DNA of 62,000 bases from Acanthaster planci. Taxonomy: Eukaryota. Position numbers and translations under genes: made by a program. This document shows, piece by piece, positions 48,301-62,000 of the stretch. Positions within the stretch are counted from its first letter, which is position 1, and each line of letters starts with the position of its first letter. Where the stretch lies: positions 2,604,001 through 2,666,000 of the forward strand of contig NW_019091404.1 of NCBI RefSeq assembly GCF_001949145.1. Reading direction: 5' to 3'. The notes beneath the pieces are model-generated. The model had not been told where the DNA came from. It did no database searches and saw nothing but the letters and a program-made list of their open reading frames with translations.

Positions 48301-51300
48301 CTACGGTTAATCTTGATTTAAAAAAAAAAATGTGGATTGAGGGGTCTGGTCTGTCATTTTCTCTACAATTAAGTCCACAAAAAACCAGGATTCCTATTCA
48401 AATACGACGCCAGAGACAAAGGATTTAAGCATTTCCGCATGTCGAGGCAACGCATTTTGTGAAACAAGAAAATGTCACAAATAGATTTTGCTTTTACACA
48501 AAGAACACCTGGTACTCTACGATACATCAGGTTTTGAGTTACATTGTAGATTCCAAGCAAAATGCTGAGGCAATCTGGACCACCTCAGCATGGCAAATAA
48601 TGCAATTTTGCTATATAACTGAATCACTAGTGACAAAACGTCCATTACATTGCCCACTTACACCAATAATTTACATTAATATCAGTTAATTAGGGACATA
48701 GATCTCCCAGACAAATACACCTGCTCCCAATGAATTGGAAGACAATAAAAAAATTGGCTAGTGATTGTTCATTCAGTTGCATATCATGCCCACTCAGTTC
48801 CTGACATCACTAAATATTTGCAACCCCATAAAGTGCTTCCCTACAACTGAAAATCAACCACTTTCCCCAGAATAACACCTACATCAATCTCATTCTGTTC
48901 TTGCATTGGACGGGAGAAAAAAAAAGCCAACAATGGAAGGCAAGGTGTATTGGTTTAATGGCTAGTCAAAGAGTGATTAACTTATGCATAAAAATCAACT
49001 TGGAATCAACTTGGAACTGTGCACAGAAAAACAAACTAAGCAGTACATATTCATCTCCTGCAAGAGTTTTTTTTCCAAAATAGAAGGAACTATTTACTCC
49101 CGTCACACAACAAGATGAAAAACTTATCTCCAAAGAATTGTTTTCCTTCGGCGATGTGGGAGAAAAATTACGAGGTAAAATAAGAGAGCAGAGAGGAGTG
49201 ACTTTACGATGACATGTTGCTTTTATTGAAAGCAGATTCAAGATGATATGTGTGGTGACTCACATTTCATAGACTCAGACCTTAAGACAACACAGACTCA
49301 AAATCCTTGACTCAAACATTATTTGATTTTAAGATGCAGTTATCTTTTAAACTGGTGAAAGCTCCAACAATAATTAAATTTAGTCCTATTTCTCTATACA
49401 TCATACATAATGGATACTTATTTTGTAAGTGCATCATCTCCATGGTTACAGCAAATGGGCCTGCTAGTATATCATGGGATTTGAAGACCATGATGCATTG
49501 AAGAGACAACTAATTTAACCTTGGAGGAGTTGATAGACGAGATGTCAATTGGTAAGGCTTAAATTAGGGACTGAAGTTGGGTCTAACTATTTAGGTCCTA
49601 GGGTTGGATGTTTGAAGGTCAAAGACATTTATGACCACAAACAAACTGGTAAGTACTTAATACACCACAGAAAATTATTCAAGCTGTCATAATCTGAAAA
49701 GTGGCGTGCAAAAATACCCTCAGAACTGCTGGAAATCACTCTCATTCCGGCAAAATGAAATAAAGAGAAAGTACTCTACCAGGAAAAACACCGTCACTCA
49801 AGAAAAAAAAAACTTTGAAAAAATGTGGTAGCTTCAAGACAGAGTATCAGGAACACGATACCCAGTCTTTAAGATTCCAGGATTCACTCACAGCTCATCA
49901 ATAATTCCAGACTCTGGAAGATGGAAAAACAAGATGCCTGCAAAATAGCCACATCCCTGGTGAAACTTAAGGAGCCGATCATGGTTCAGGCAAGTCCCTA
50001 GAGGTTCTAATAAATGTTGATGCTGAACGCTGAAGAACTAGCACCCAAACTGTCAGAATATCCAAGGGAAATATTTTTTTAAAAAACAAGGAAGGAAAGA
50101 TAGCTTATGTTTCACAATTGACTTGATGATCAGACTCAATCCATTTTTCGATTGGGTGAAAAATAAGAAAAGGTTTGGGAATCTTCAGCCCTTTTGCTTT
50201 TCCTTTTGGATAGATAATTCTGTCTGTGTGTAGCTCAGAAGCCTCAGCTTTCAGACTTTTTTTTTGATTTGCCAGTCCATTTCCATTTGATGCAACTGCT
50301 TTCAATTATGTTAAGCCATCCCTGAAAATTGATTCAATCTGTCTGGCATTGTGAACAAACATTCATGATCCCATGATGAATCTACTTTCTATCCCATTAC
50401 TGTTGCTTATAAATTTTGTCCACACGGCACAAGGAAGATCCTAGAGGTTGGTTTCTAGCATGAGATTGAAAAGCAGTGAAATGAATCAATGCTGCACATA
50501 GAACATAACAAGATAAATCAAGATGAAAGCATCCTTTATATCTAAACTAGCTTTCTCAGGCAATATCAACACAAGGGATCTGATGACACTTTTGTATATA
50601 TCTGGCTTTATTTCAAAATTATAATCTGGTATCCAGAGGCTAATTTCATAGAGCTGCTTAACCACAAAATTTTCTTAAGCGCAAGAAAACCTCAGCTTGC
50701 TAGATAAATCAGGTAACCAACCAAAACTCCATGTGATGTACATGTATATTGTTTTGGGACCGTATTTAGCTGTCTTTTGGTTAGCATGACAATCAGATAG
50801 AGTTTGAGCTGGTAACCTTTGTTTTTTGAGCAGGGTTTTTTCATGCTTGAGCAAATTTTGTTCATAACAAGCTCCATGAAACTGGCCCCAGGCCTAGATA
50901 CATGTACATGTAGACCTTTTTATCATTACTAATAAATATTGACACTTTAATTAATACTTATTTTGATTAGCTGTTCATATAGCTACACGCGTATATTAAT
51001 TACTTTTAAAATGTAATTACCATGCTAATTGTGGGAATGGAGGGAAGCCTTTTTAATTAGCATTGAAGAGGACGGTTGCCTTGTGGGTGACACAACAACC
51101 CAAGCAGGGAAAGAAAGAATCTAACAATTAGACATGACTCCGACTAGAACTGAGAATTGACGAAGGCTCAAGCTTGGCAGAATTCCAAGTCTTAAAGTCT
51201 GGTTAATCATATCCTAGGTGCAGGCGAAAATGAGTCCAAGTGGAGAGTATAGTGTCCAGTGTGAAATCGCCTACTATTGGCTTCTTATATTTTCTGCTTA

Positions 51301-54300
51301 ACAGAGTATACTGAAATCACAGCACAAGCAACAAGACAGTGGATTGAAATGGCCACAGTGTTACATAAACGTGACGTGTGTATTATGTCAATACTGTGAC
51401 ATTTTGTAAACTCTTTGACCCGTGACTCTGCAAATAAAAAGTTGCTCACAGATTTAAGTGAAATTTCACGCCAAATATACAATAATCCATTACGTTATAA
51501 AAGAATTCTTTTCACCACCGATCTGAATCAAGTTGTATAGACAAATCCAAGAAGACGCCATTCTTGCAGGGCCATCACACTCAAACACGGTTCTTAACTT
51601 GAGCATGCATGTGCATTTTACCAAGTGAAATTGGTCCGAGAGAAATGTAATGCAAAGGAACCACCTGCATGCACAACGGATCGGATGGCTCCACAGTAAT
51701 GGCTTCTAATTAAAGTCGTCGGAATCGTCTACACTACAAAGCTAGGAATTACACATGATTCACTGTACATGTTGCAGGATATTTGGGGAATTCTTTCCCA
51801 CAACTCGTATTGCATCAGCTGGCCTAATGACCCCGTCCTGCCTGACAGTTCATGATTTCATGGCAAAATATAGTGTTTCAAGCATGTTCCTGCCAATTTT
51901 GTAAAATTTCTTACACCTCTTTTTCCAGCTCATAATCCCCATGAGGGTCCTTTCAATAATTGTTACGCTGGGCCTTATGATACGTAGAATGGTCTGGTTC
52001 AAAGATCAACACTTAGCAAGTCAAGAGGAGGGGCAGACAGCGCTTTGAAAATGGGAGGGAGGAGAGGTGGTTGCACTGCAAAGAATGCGTATGGATGGAG
52101 TGTCAATACGGCATGCATAAAGGGGTTCCCGGATACTTCTTGCTTATGTGACAGGGTTATCCACCCTCGGTGCTGATTAAACCCCCATTTCAGTTGAATT
52201 TCCCTGGGAAGGAGGAGAGAGTCATGAGGATGCATGTTGATTCCTTGGTGGTCTGAATCTCCTCATTTTCAGCTTGTACACATCTACGTATGTAGGAGCA
52301 GGCATCTTCAAACCTACGTGTACATGTATGTTCCATGCAACTCTTTCAATAAGCGTAGGCAATGGAAAACATCTCAGATCAGGCAAAAGCACTCCAAAAT
52401 GGCAAAATTATACAGCAAGGGTTGCTTTGTTAGCCCCCTCCATCCTGGCACTCTGGGGAGATGGGTTTAATGGACGGAGCTAGCTGGACTGGGGAACACG
52501 GCATGTTCTGTATAAAGTTGCCTCGCGGCTGAAGTTCCTAGTGAGGAGCTGTTGCCATGGCTACTGTGGAGAATACCCCCACTGATGACATCATGATGGG
52601 GGCGTTGCAACTTGGGTCCAGCATTCGGGAACGAGTTCACTGTATTGGATATGGAGTGGCATTTGAGTCTGACCCGGTGAAAATGATTTTGTAGTCAGCT
52701 AGATGATGGACGGTAAGGTACTTTGGAGACTGCAGAACAGTATCAGATGAATGTGTAGGTGGAGAAAGACACTGCTAGAACAAATGATATCCAGACAAGT
52801 AACATGGAAAAACATCCAAGTTCAACCAAAGACTGCTCCACATCTTGCCCGAGAGGATTTACGGATTTTAAGCAAGCTACATGTATCTACCGACTTATCA
52901 ACTCAGCAACAATGTCTCACTTACACTTACCAACATATTCATGACAGAGGAATATCTGGGGTGGGAGAAACCACAAAACCGATAACAACGACCCCCTCCT
53001 CCAAATTGTTGCAGGTTATTTAAATTTGTCTATTCCTAACTCTCGTAAGCATCTCCTGTAAAATTTAATATATTGAAGTAGCGTAACTAAGGACAGTTTT
53101 GGTGCTAAAGACAAAATTACATGACATGTCCCATCTTGAGGTAAGGCTCTGCTTGTCCCTGATCATACAAATATCCTATGAAAACCTTCCTTCCCCAATT
53201 ATAATCTTTAAACAATAGGTGGCAGGACAATCTTTCGAAATTAACATGAAAAAATTGAACACTTTTTCCATTTATGGCTGAAAAAATGTCAAAAAAATGG
53301 GCTTCCGCGAGTCCCTTTTTTGTGGAGTTTAGAAACACTCATTATGTATTAATGATTATGCCGGTGACCCCAAAAATGTCATATGAGAGATACGGTTATA
53401 AACAGTGTGCATCTTTCAGGCTAGTCTTATAGTAGAGGCATGCTCAAAATGCAATGTTCTTGCATGATGCTAGTCCACTATGTTGATTGGTCCATCCATC
53501 AAGTTTAAATGCATGATTTGTTCTGTTTTTGTCATAAAATAAACATACCCAGGTCTAGCGTAGTTTGTAGTTTCAGACAGGAATCTCGTCCACTGAGACT
53601 TGGTCTCAATGTTTCCGTGCAATAACGTGTTGAATCGATCATTTCCTGGACAGTGCATTAATGGTAGATTTTAAACATCTTTGGTTGTTGCAGACAAAAA
53701 TAATATGCCAAGGATTTTTGAGGACTGCTTCAACAACATCCAGTGTCTGCAAAAGCACTCCGAAGTGAGAAATGTGATGCATAGGCCTTGCCGTCTGCTC
53801 GTGTTGTATCTGCCAGTGAGGGCGGTGCTGTGCTGCTGGACCACCGCCAGGTTTTGGACCGCCAAAGTATCCCCACAACACTGCCAGGCTGCTTGCCGTC
53901 ATCCTCATTCATCGACGAGTAAATAATTACTTTCATAGGAATTGAATCCACTCACTTTCACGAGAAGAATCCTGTGTGTGTTTATCTCGTTTTCTTCGAC
54001 ACATTGAAAAGTGTAGACTCGGCAATAAAGACACCCGCATGTGGGTTGTTGTCTTTTTCTAGAAGCCTCACATGTGCGCACGTATTACAAGATTCAGCCC
54101 CTGATTCAGCCCCTGATTCAAGTCTGGATACTGACCCTATGCTGACCGTGTTATTCTATGAATAGTCTGTTACCAAACTGCATGTGAACACAAGTGCTCT
54201 CTCACAAGCACGCCACAAAAAATATGCTCCTCTTCACCTTCAGTGTCTCGTACTTCATTTCAGAACAAATCTCCCAATTCTTTTGACCAGCTAAGAATAA

Positions 54301-57300
54301 GATTTTAGGTTTTTACACCTTAAAGACTAATGTATAATACTGTGCATTTTCTACACATCATCAAAACTCCTTGTTTTGATGCATTTGGGCTGGAACAATG
54401 CCAGTTTATATGTACATGTATCTACATGCATGCTTTAAGCATGCCCGTTGTGCCTTTCTCCCCATGACGTCATCAACCCAACACAAACACACAATTTGAC
54501 CCTGGGTGTTTCCGAAATTGGCCCAGTTGGTTGCGGATTGTTGATTGTTGATTTTCAGGAGATAAATCCATTGTATACTGGTTTCTGGGTGGCCAATCTA
54601 CCTCCAAAACCCCATATGTCGAAATGTTTGAAGCCTTTTCCTTAGCACTTTAACAACATGTAGACATGAGATTTCAGGTACATGTATTGTTAGAAAATGA
54701 CTACACAGGAATCTTCAAATCTTCATGAATATTCTGAACAACAAGCAGGTGACTTTCTTCTCTCTACAGGCGATCAAATAGTAAGGAAGAACTCAGCACA
54801 CAGAGGGAACAGCGATGAGGATACAACAACATCTGACATTTTCACCAACTATTTCCAAGACCACTGGAACTCCAAACAGCATTATGTTTAATGTGAGTCT
54901 GGCAAACATTAATGGACCAGGATATATGACCTCCCGAAATATCATCGCAAATTGACAGAGCAATCAGAACTGAAACCCATTATCAAAAGACAGGATGAAA
55001 CCATCCGACGTAGCTTGAAGAGATTGAAAACATTGTCGTTCCTTCTCAGAAAAGCCACCTGAAATGTCTGAAATCCCTCCCCAACAAGAATTGAACTTTG
55101 TCCATTTCACATAACCATCGATCTCCTCAGAGTACCTGAATTTTGACATGATGTACAAGCTGAAAAAAGGACAAAGCTATATGAAAATATATATCATGTC
55201 TGTGCATCAGTAACCTTTTTTTTCCATGAGGAGGAAAATGAAATGATGCAGGCAAACAGCGGCATAGTTTAATAGCTGATAGAAGCATACAGTTTGCCTC
55301 GGATATTCCCCCTAATACTTCATCTGTCAAGAGAGCTCTCCAATGCCCATGATTTATGCATTTTTGCAGGGAATTTTTTCAGAGAACTGCACAAGACAGA
55401 GAACACTTGGTCCGACTCCTTCAAACACGTCCCCAGTCCCGGCCAAGAATAAATAATTGACCAATTGATGGCCATCTAATAGTTGCCTCGCATTTAAAAA
55501 CACTTTTATCACTGTAGCATTTTGAGGACAAATGATGGAAATCTAAGAGTTCAGTACCAAAAGAAAAACCCGCACAGAGGCTTTTCTGTTTATTTTACTC
55601 TTTTTTTTTCCAGAGACAAAATCCATTTTCCCACTGTTTATTCAGGATGTGGCTGGGAATGCAATTGATTATTAGGGCTCGTGAAAATTTCATTACTTGG
55701 GTTCACGTGGCGTTTGTGGACAGCTGTAGACGATTTCTACAGAAGCAATTTTCTTCTGACTCTACGGAGGGAAAAAAATTGCAGTTGCTTTGAAGATCTT
55801 TCACAGGTATCTCAAACCACATCAGTAATTTTTTCGTATTTAGTAAAACAGTTCTTGCAAGTACAAGTGAAGATGTACATGTATATTAGGTTCTCATTGA
55901 TTAGAATTAACTAGCTAATTTCTGTGTAAGTAATATGTATCTGCGTCTTCAGGTAAGTAAATTTGAGGAACTTCAATGAGAAATAGACCATGATTTTGCT
56001 TTTAAATTTTTGCTTGGTAAAAATTTGTGTGCTAAACGTTACTAAGCCGCTAACCAATCACAGATGGCACTTTGTCTGGTAACCACATTATTTGACAAGC
56101 AAAAGGGTATCTTGCCGAGTTCAAAGCAACATAATGACTAGTCTTGTTCCAAGACTTCACACAACTAAGTATCAGATCTCAATCAAGTCCAACATAGACG
56201 AGGAAAGCGCAGATAGAATTGTTTAAAGTTTAAGGATGTTAAACTTCAATATTTAAAATTGAAAAGCAATCTTGAATGGGTACTGACAGGGTCAGGAAAT
56301 GGTCTGGGTAGGATTTCACCAGGTAAATGTATATTTCATGTTGAATGTTTATTCAGAAATATGCCCATCACTATTCTTTGACCTAATAATTATACTGCAC
56401 AGCGTCATTATTTGACTGATTACACCTCTCAGAATTATACACTGAATCAAAGCTGTTTTGAGTTCGAGGGGAAGGAATAAATGAAGCGTTAGGGTTGCCA
56501 CAGGAACAAGAAAAAAAATGACCAAAAATAAGGTCTTGAAAAATCTGAAAATAGTCCTGACTATAACACTGGCCATGGCGGTGAGCAGGTGGACTAGGAC
56601 AAGGTCACACCAGGATCCTCCAGAGGAGGTGTCGTTAAGAGGGGGCCGGGGTTCTCATTATCAAATAAAATCTGATTTAATCAAATCTTACCATTTGTGA
56701 GACACAGAAGCAGTGCTTGAAATTGTGGAATGGTACGTGGTTATAGTGTCTGAAGACCTCAAAGAGGAAGTTTTGTAATACTGGCATCTGAACAAAAGGG
56801 AAAAATGAGGGAGAAATGTGTTACTGGAGAAATATGGGAAAGGCTTTTCATTCAGTACATTTATGTACTCCAATTTTTGCTAAGAATGATGGTGGTTGAT
56901 TGGAAGGGGGAATTACATAATTGAATAGGAGTTTCTGACTTGATCATGTAGGTTCTGCTAGCATAAAAATGAACGCAAAACTTGGCAATGCATGTCAGCT
57001 TTCAAAAAGGTTGATGTTTCTCTTTTTTTTTAATCAAAATGGCAACTTCTCATAAAATAACACTTTCCACTTAGATGAAATACTTCTCCAGGAGCCTGAG
57101 GTTGCTGGAAACAGGCATTCTTGAAAGCACAGAGATAACGAAGTTTCAAATTGAAGACACTTCAACCGAAAGAATTCCCAGACGACAAGCAATCTTATTA
57201 AATGCGATTCTGATCTTTCACTGCGGGCAAAACTCCTTTTGCCTAAGTGACTCGCAAAAAGGAGGTTGTGCCAAAATTTGGGTTTGAAAAAAAAAAACCA

Positions 57301-60300
57301 GGCTGGGTTCAGCATCCAGCAGATATATATGTCAAGTGCTGATTTAGTTCCTAGGCCTCAGGCATTCCTAGAGCAAACCCCGGTAATTCACGTAGACACC
57401 CATTCCAGAGGTAGAAAGAAGCCAAAATTTTCTCTCCTTCTTTGTCTTTGTTTCATGACTCTGGGGCTGGACTTTCCAGGGACGAGAGCCTGAGTCACGG
57501 TCACAGGAGCAGTGCAGTCCACAGGAAATCATTGGAGTTGTTTTCACTCGCTGCTCCTGAGGCAGACATGCACAAACATCTGCTACTGAACGTCAATCCC
57601 TTCCCACTCTTTTTTTTTTTGAAATACAGTGAACTTATTCAGATGGAACTGTCAAATTAACTCTCTATCATGCATTTATTTTTTTCTCCCTGGGGTTCGC
57701 CAGCTTTCCACGCCCACCTCATGAGGTTCTGAGTAATGCCCCTTAGCTGTCTGCATGATCAGTTCTCCCTCTGAAGTCTGTGATAATGAAACTGTGCAGA
57801 CTTCAAGACACAAGATCATCCACTTTAATTCTGAAATATCTATCCACTCGGCAAAGCTGGGCTTGTGGTTTTTTTTTCTTCGACCTAAATAGTCGTTATA
57901 GTCAAAGCTCATATTGAAATGTTGTCTGAAGATTCTTAGACTCATTCCATGTGCAGGACCACGTTTCCTTCAGCTGATATAAGGCCCTATGATGACATAA
58001 CCACATTGCCAAGGCAAAAGAAGCAAAGAATGTGTCAGTGGCAGTGGAGCAGGGGTAAAAGTGGGGCACTTTCTCAACTTGGGAATGCCCCCTCCTCCAC
58101 TTGTAATAGGTCCAAAATACTTCAACCTAGACCCTATGTCTGAGTAAACATAAAAACTTTAGTTCTCTCATCTGCTGTCCTCCAACGGGCTGACCCCATT
58201 TCAAAACCATTCCACCATTGTCCTATTCTGATTGGCCGATGGAGCTGCTGCTCGTGTTGTGGAACCTGGAAGCATTATAGACAGTATGATCAGGGGATTA
58301 CCGCAGGATACTATGCATGAGCAAAAAAAGGAAAGCCCTAGGGAGCCCCATACGCATGAGTAAAAAAAAGGAGTGCCCTAGGGAGCCCCATTTGGACAGG
58401 ACAAACAACGATGGTTTGCACATACATACCTCAATATTGAATTTAGTAGTGAAGTCTAAATCTATGTACATTTGCTGCAGGAGTACCATCATCTCAGCAT
58501 CCTCCCACTGCCAATTGTCAAAAGTAGGCTTCCGTAGATACTCCCTGACATCGTCTGTCAACTGCACATTCCTATGGGGGTTAAAACACCAATAATATCA
58601 GATCTTTGCAATTTCATATCTGTTCACAAGGTGTGTTTGTTTCCTCTTTTCAATAAATTCAGTTCTCCAATGACAACAAAAGTACACTGCAAACCACCCT
58701 GGCAGTGAACAAAATGGGGTAGAATGGAGTGGACCAAGTTTTCACTCTGTCCAACAATTGACACAATGTAAAGTGCACCAAAGTGCAGATTAGTCCGATT
58801 CAGTTTGAAAATATAGCAGTTTCTACTCAATATGTTGTCCCATTGTTGACTAAGGGCCTTATGTAAATTTCTTTACTGGTGGTGTAAATACTGGGTGACA
58901 GGTCATGTGAGGTCATGTGTACTGCCATCATAGGGCAATGTGGGAACTGATTATCTCCCAATCTAGCTTCAAGGGTTTATCCATATTCCAGTCAAGGTCA
59001 CTTGTAACCATGGCTACTAGCTGCATGCCAGTTTTGCTTCCAGTCATTTCCAACTTTGCAGCAGGAAGTCAACAGCAGTGGAGTGACATGACACAGTCAC
59101 CGCAGCATCACAGGTTTCCATTTTTTTCCAGGTGATTTCTTACTTGATTTTGTTGAATTTCTCCCACACTCTCCTCTGTTCTTCCTCTGTTTTCCTTAGT
59201 CTCTGCTTGTAGAATGGAAGCCTGCTTTGGGACTCAGCCACTACTTCTTTGAAAAGCCCCATCCAGCTTAAATGTTCTACACTCTGGTCCAAACAAAAAT
59301 GGACACAAAATAAAAATAATTGCTAACACTCCAACAGAGACTGACTAGAGGGAAGAAATTGATGAGGTCAATGTTGGGGTTTTATCAAGCAAATTGCTGA
59401 TTTTTGCCCACTTTCTTTTTTTCGCACTCTTTACCCTTCCCCGTTTTTTTCAAATTTTTTTTTTCTGGAGACCCATTCTTAAAGAAGTTGGATTTATAGA
59501 GGGTGTATTCCATACTCTATGTCATTGAACTGTGTCACTGAACATCCAAAAAACAGATCTTGTGACTTGCTTTGTGTACCCAACCATTTTCGTTTCTTTT
59601 TTTTCCTTTGGTTATGATATCTATGAAAGATTCCATTTAAAAACCATCCTTAAGAATGGAAATTAGTCACCTTTTGGGACTGACAGGATTTATGTTACTT
59701 TTCTGTCCATCTGTTCTAGAAGCAAGTTTGATAGTTTTGCCATTTTCAACATTTTGTTACATGACATTCATCAGTGCCACCTTCATTATCAATTTTTTAA
59801 GACAACAATTCCACATGACACATCCAAATGCAGACAATATCTCTGTCGTAAGTCAGCTCATCAATGTAATAACTTGTTGCTTCCCAGGAGAGTGCATATA
59901 TAAGGAGAATGCCCATTTTCTACTGACTTTACAATCCATTAGACCAGCACACAGACATTCAATTTCATGAATAATGCACGGTCCCCATACACGGCACCAT
60001 CAGGCAAATTTACCCTTTTCAAATATGCACATTAATCTCTTAGTGGAATAAGCCATAACAATTCACGACAAAACAACAATGAACAGTCATGCACTTTCAA
60101 ATACCTGGTGGTTTTTATTGTCTATTTATACATCTACTGAGTTTGCATGATCCAAAGAGAAAAAAGAGACTACAGTAAAACACCGTTGTCTCTGACAAAA
60201 TTAAGTGCAGCAAGTTACCAAAAATATATTAACCACAGCTGGCCTAGAGTTTGTAAATTACTGTCAAAAACCACTTTGCACTAGAAACATCAAAAAAGAG

Positions 60301-60504
60301 AACATTTCTGCAGGGATTTAGGAAGGATATGTTAAATACAAGGGGCAAAGAAGGAAAACCAAAACAATGATTAAAAGCCTACAGAAACTCTGATAACTTA
60401 CTTCTAACTTTTCCTTAAAGTGTTCTACTTTGTGCTTGAGTTCGTAGACAACAGTTGGTGTCTCTCCGCTGTCCACGACAATTTTCTTCTCTAAAGTTTC
60501 TAAC
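39365..60504 (-). CDS. PDE9A: PDE9-family cGMP phosphodiesterase, 3' part (10 coding exons; N-terminus beyond the right edge)
   Basis: Exons 60504-60402, 59283-59144, 58571-58430, 56787-56692, 46395-46273, 43876-43784, 43226-43056, 41828-41724, 40995-40849, 39655-39365, all GT-AG and in frame. Motifs [68 protein letters not shown] and [23 protein letters not shown] are characteristic of the PDE9 catalytic domain. Strict orthology to vertebrate PDE9A is untested. Confidence 0.93.
39861..40008. repeat. Short dispersed repeat, copy 2
   Basis: Same conserved blocks as 15330-15455. Confidence 0.7.
41067..41390 (+). mobile_element. tRNA-derived SINE with a V-/Meta-SINE-like core
   Basis: A box TGGTGTAGTGG (~41079), B box GTTCGATTC (41122) and core GGGTTTTATCC...GGTTTTCCTCCCAC (41181-41220). 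The 3' boundary is approximate. Confidence 0.7.
42376..42613 (-). pseudogene. Second, more decayed THAP-domain relic in a PDE9 intron
   Basis: Across shifting frames: [11 protein letters not shown] about 24 codons later, W about 9 codons further, VLEDTF (cf. VCEDHF) and [10 protein letters not shown] (cf. LKxxAVPTxF). Span is about 80 codons with several stops and frameshifts. Confidence 0.5.
44241..44540 (+). pseudogene. Degenerate THAP zinc-finger domain (transposon-derived relic) in a PDE9 intron
   Basis: MPTC/(frameshift)FGCFNK...[20 protein letters not shown]...[12 protein letters not shown]...[12 protein letters not shown] follows the THAP C2CH layout. The conserved W has become L (TTG) and AVPT has become VGRT. 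Confidence 0.75.
50633..50892. mobile_element. MITE (PIF/Harbinger-like termini, tentative)
   Basis: CCAGAGGCTAATTTCATAGAGCT ... AGCTCCATGAAACTGGCCCCAGG imperfect TIRs. A decayed relative probably lies at ~38937-39080. Confidence 0.65.
58312..58391. repeat. ~39-bp tandem duplication
   Basis: GCATGAG(C/T)AAAAAAA(A)GGA..GCCCTAGGGAGCCCCAT x2. Confidence 0.85.
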
Positions 60505-61564
60505 CTGTGAGGCATAAAAAGTAAAGAATGGATGGAATTTTCATGTGCAAAGAACGGGTCAGGGGTCAGAGAAAAGACAAGGTTGGGGGTCAGATGACAG
60601 GAGTGAAGGAAAAGGTAGGAGATAGACATTCACCAGGACATACATGTAGGTAGACTGGGCAAAGACAATGCAGATGGAACAAATTGTACACATCAACAAA
60701 CCCAATACTCTTTCATTAGACCTGAACATTAAATGTTTTCTTTGACATGTTCAGTTGTTTTGGGTTTTATCACAATGAATTAAGAAAGAATTCAATTAAA
60801 ATGGTGACAGGAAGCCAATAACGAAGGAACACTATTCATGGACACCCATAACCTTGTTACAGACTAGGATCCTCAAAGGATGATATTAATGATTCTTAAA
60901 AAAAAATTCCTCATGTAAAAACCATCCACACATATGTAGCCATGACCTAATAAGAAAGAATTCTTGCAAACATCCGGAGGCTCCCAAGGGCAAAATGGAA
61001 ATATTTCTCAAAGACTAAAAATTCCTGATTCCTTAATGGCATGCAATATGGAGGCATCTTAGTAGGTCAATAGGCAAAAAAAAAGGAGAGCCAAGATAAG
61101 AAGGGAGTCAGAAGTGTAAACGAAGCAAGGAAGGTCCGATCACGAACACGGCATACTGAGAACCAATACAACTAGGATATTGATGAACGTAGTTTGCTAG
61201 GGATACCGTGTTTAACTCACTGCGGTGAAGGGGCTGCAGGCCCAATTAATTAAATTGTCCAGCAAGAGGCAGAATGCTGCATGTTTCCTTTTTCAATTTT
61301 TTTTTCCGGGAACAATCTTCAGGGGCTGGCATGTGGTTGAGTAGTGCGTGCCAACGTGAAACTGAATATTGTGCGCTACATGCACCTGCCTGTGTTTCAG
61401 CAATTCGCTTTGATTTTTTTTTCTTACTGTGCACGTAGACCTTTTTATTCATGTTCGGAATGCAGAGTGACTTTATTTAACTCACGTTCATGCAGGTTGA
61501 CTGATTTTTAACAGCTGTTCAAAGAAAATAACACAGGGCACAAAATCTACCAGGTTTTATCAAA

Positions 61565-61825
61565 CACATATGTGACCCACTCTGTGAAAATGAATCTTCA
61601 GTCGCCAAAGCCCCTTTGGAGAGTCCTTTAGAATAATTTGGCACAGTGTAAACCAATAGGAGCCCACAGCATCTGTCACCGAGGAGTATCCACTTACATC
61701 AGGATTCCAAACTGAGTGATACATCGAAACAAAAAACTCAATTTGCTCTTTCAAAAACAAACGAAAACTCAAACAGTGGCTCTGGTGACTTAAGACTCGT
61801 TTTCACAGAGTGGGCCACATATGTG
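61565..61825. mobile_element. MITE with ~45-bp TIRs
   Basis: CACATATGTGACCCACTCTGTGAAAATGAATCTTCAGTCGCCAAAGCC ... GGCTCTGGTGACTTAAGACTCGTTTTCACAGAGTGGGCCACATATGTG. Confidence 0.82.
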
Positions 61826-62000
61826 AATGTACGTTTACCACTTTGGTAATACAAAGTCCAACAATAACAAGACTCTGTATGTTAACCACCTGACTGACTC
61901 AAAGCACAATATAAATTGATTACTTGTTACAGGCACTTTGGATGTACGCAGAGGTACGCATAGAGCAAGAATGAGGACTGGGGGTTTGGAAGGAGCTGCA

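Noticed and set aside
46396..56691. Nested protein-coding gene in the 10-kb PDE9 intron (ORFs at 47312, 53639-53951, 54697, 54964)
   Set aside because: No recognisable domains and no consistent exon chain.
61486..61514. Candidate upstream PDE9 micro-exon (AG...GTGAGT bounded)
   Set aside because: It contains a stop in the phase required to join the 60504 exon.

Overview
Eukaryotic, intron-rich animal genomic DNA, AT-rich by eye, with one 594-N gap. Gene content and abundant TAGGCCTA/TACATGTA words suggest an invertebrate deuterostome, probably an echinoderm (inference). Four spliced genes were assembled by hand with consistent splice phases. (1) The first three coding exons of an SH2D5-like PTB adaptor (minus; runs off the left edge). 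(2) A complete 14-exon LEKR1 orthologue (plus, 692 aa), head-to-head with SH2D5. (3) A complete TMEM44-like PQ-loop-family membrane protein with 10 coding exons (minus, 520 aa). (4) The last ten coding exons of a PDE9-family cGMP phosphodiesterase (minus; runs off the right edge). Notable features: a U12 (minor-spliceosome) intron after a 28-nt exon in TMEM44, a GC-AG intron in LEKR1, and a 30-bp minisatellite built from a LEKR1 exon end plus its splice donor. There are also two decayed THAP-domain relics in PDE9 introns, several MITEs and tRNA-derived SINEs, and a candidate unannotated spliced transcript between LEKR1 and TMEM44. Gene names rest on recalled human protein sequences, not on database searches. 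I found no convincing wholly new multi-gene system. Most ORFs in the supplied track are spurious.
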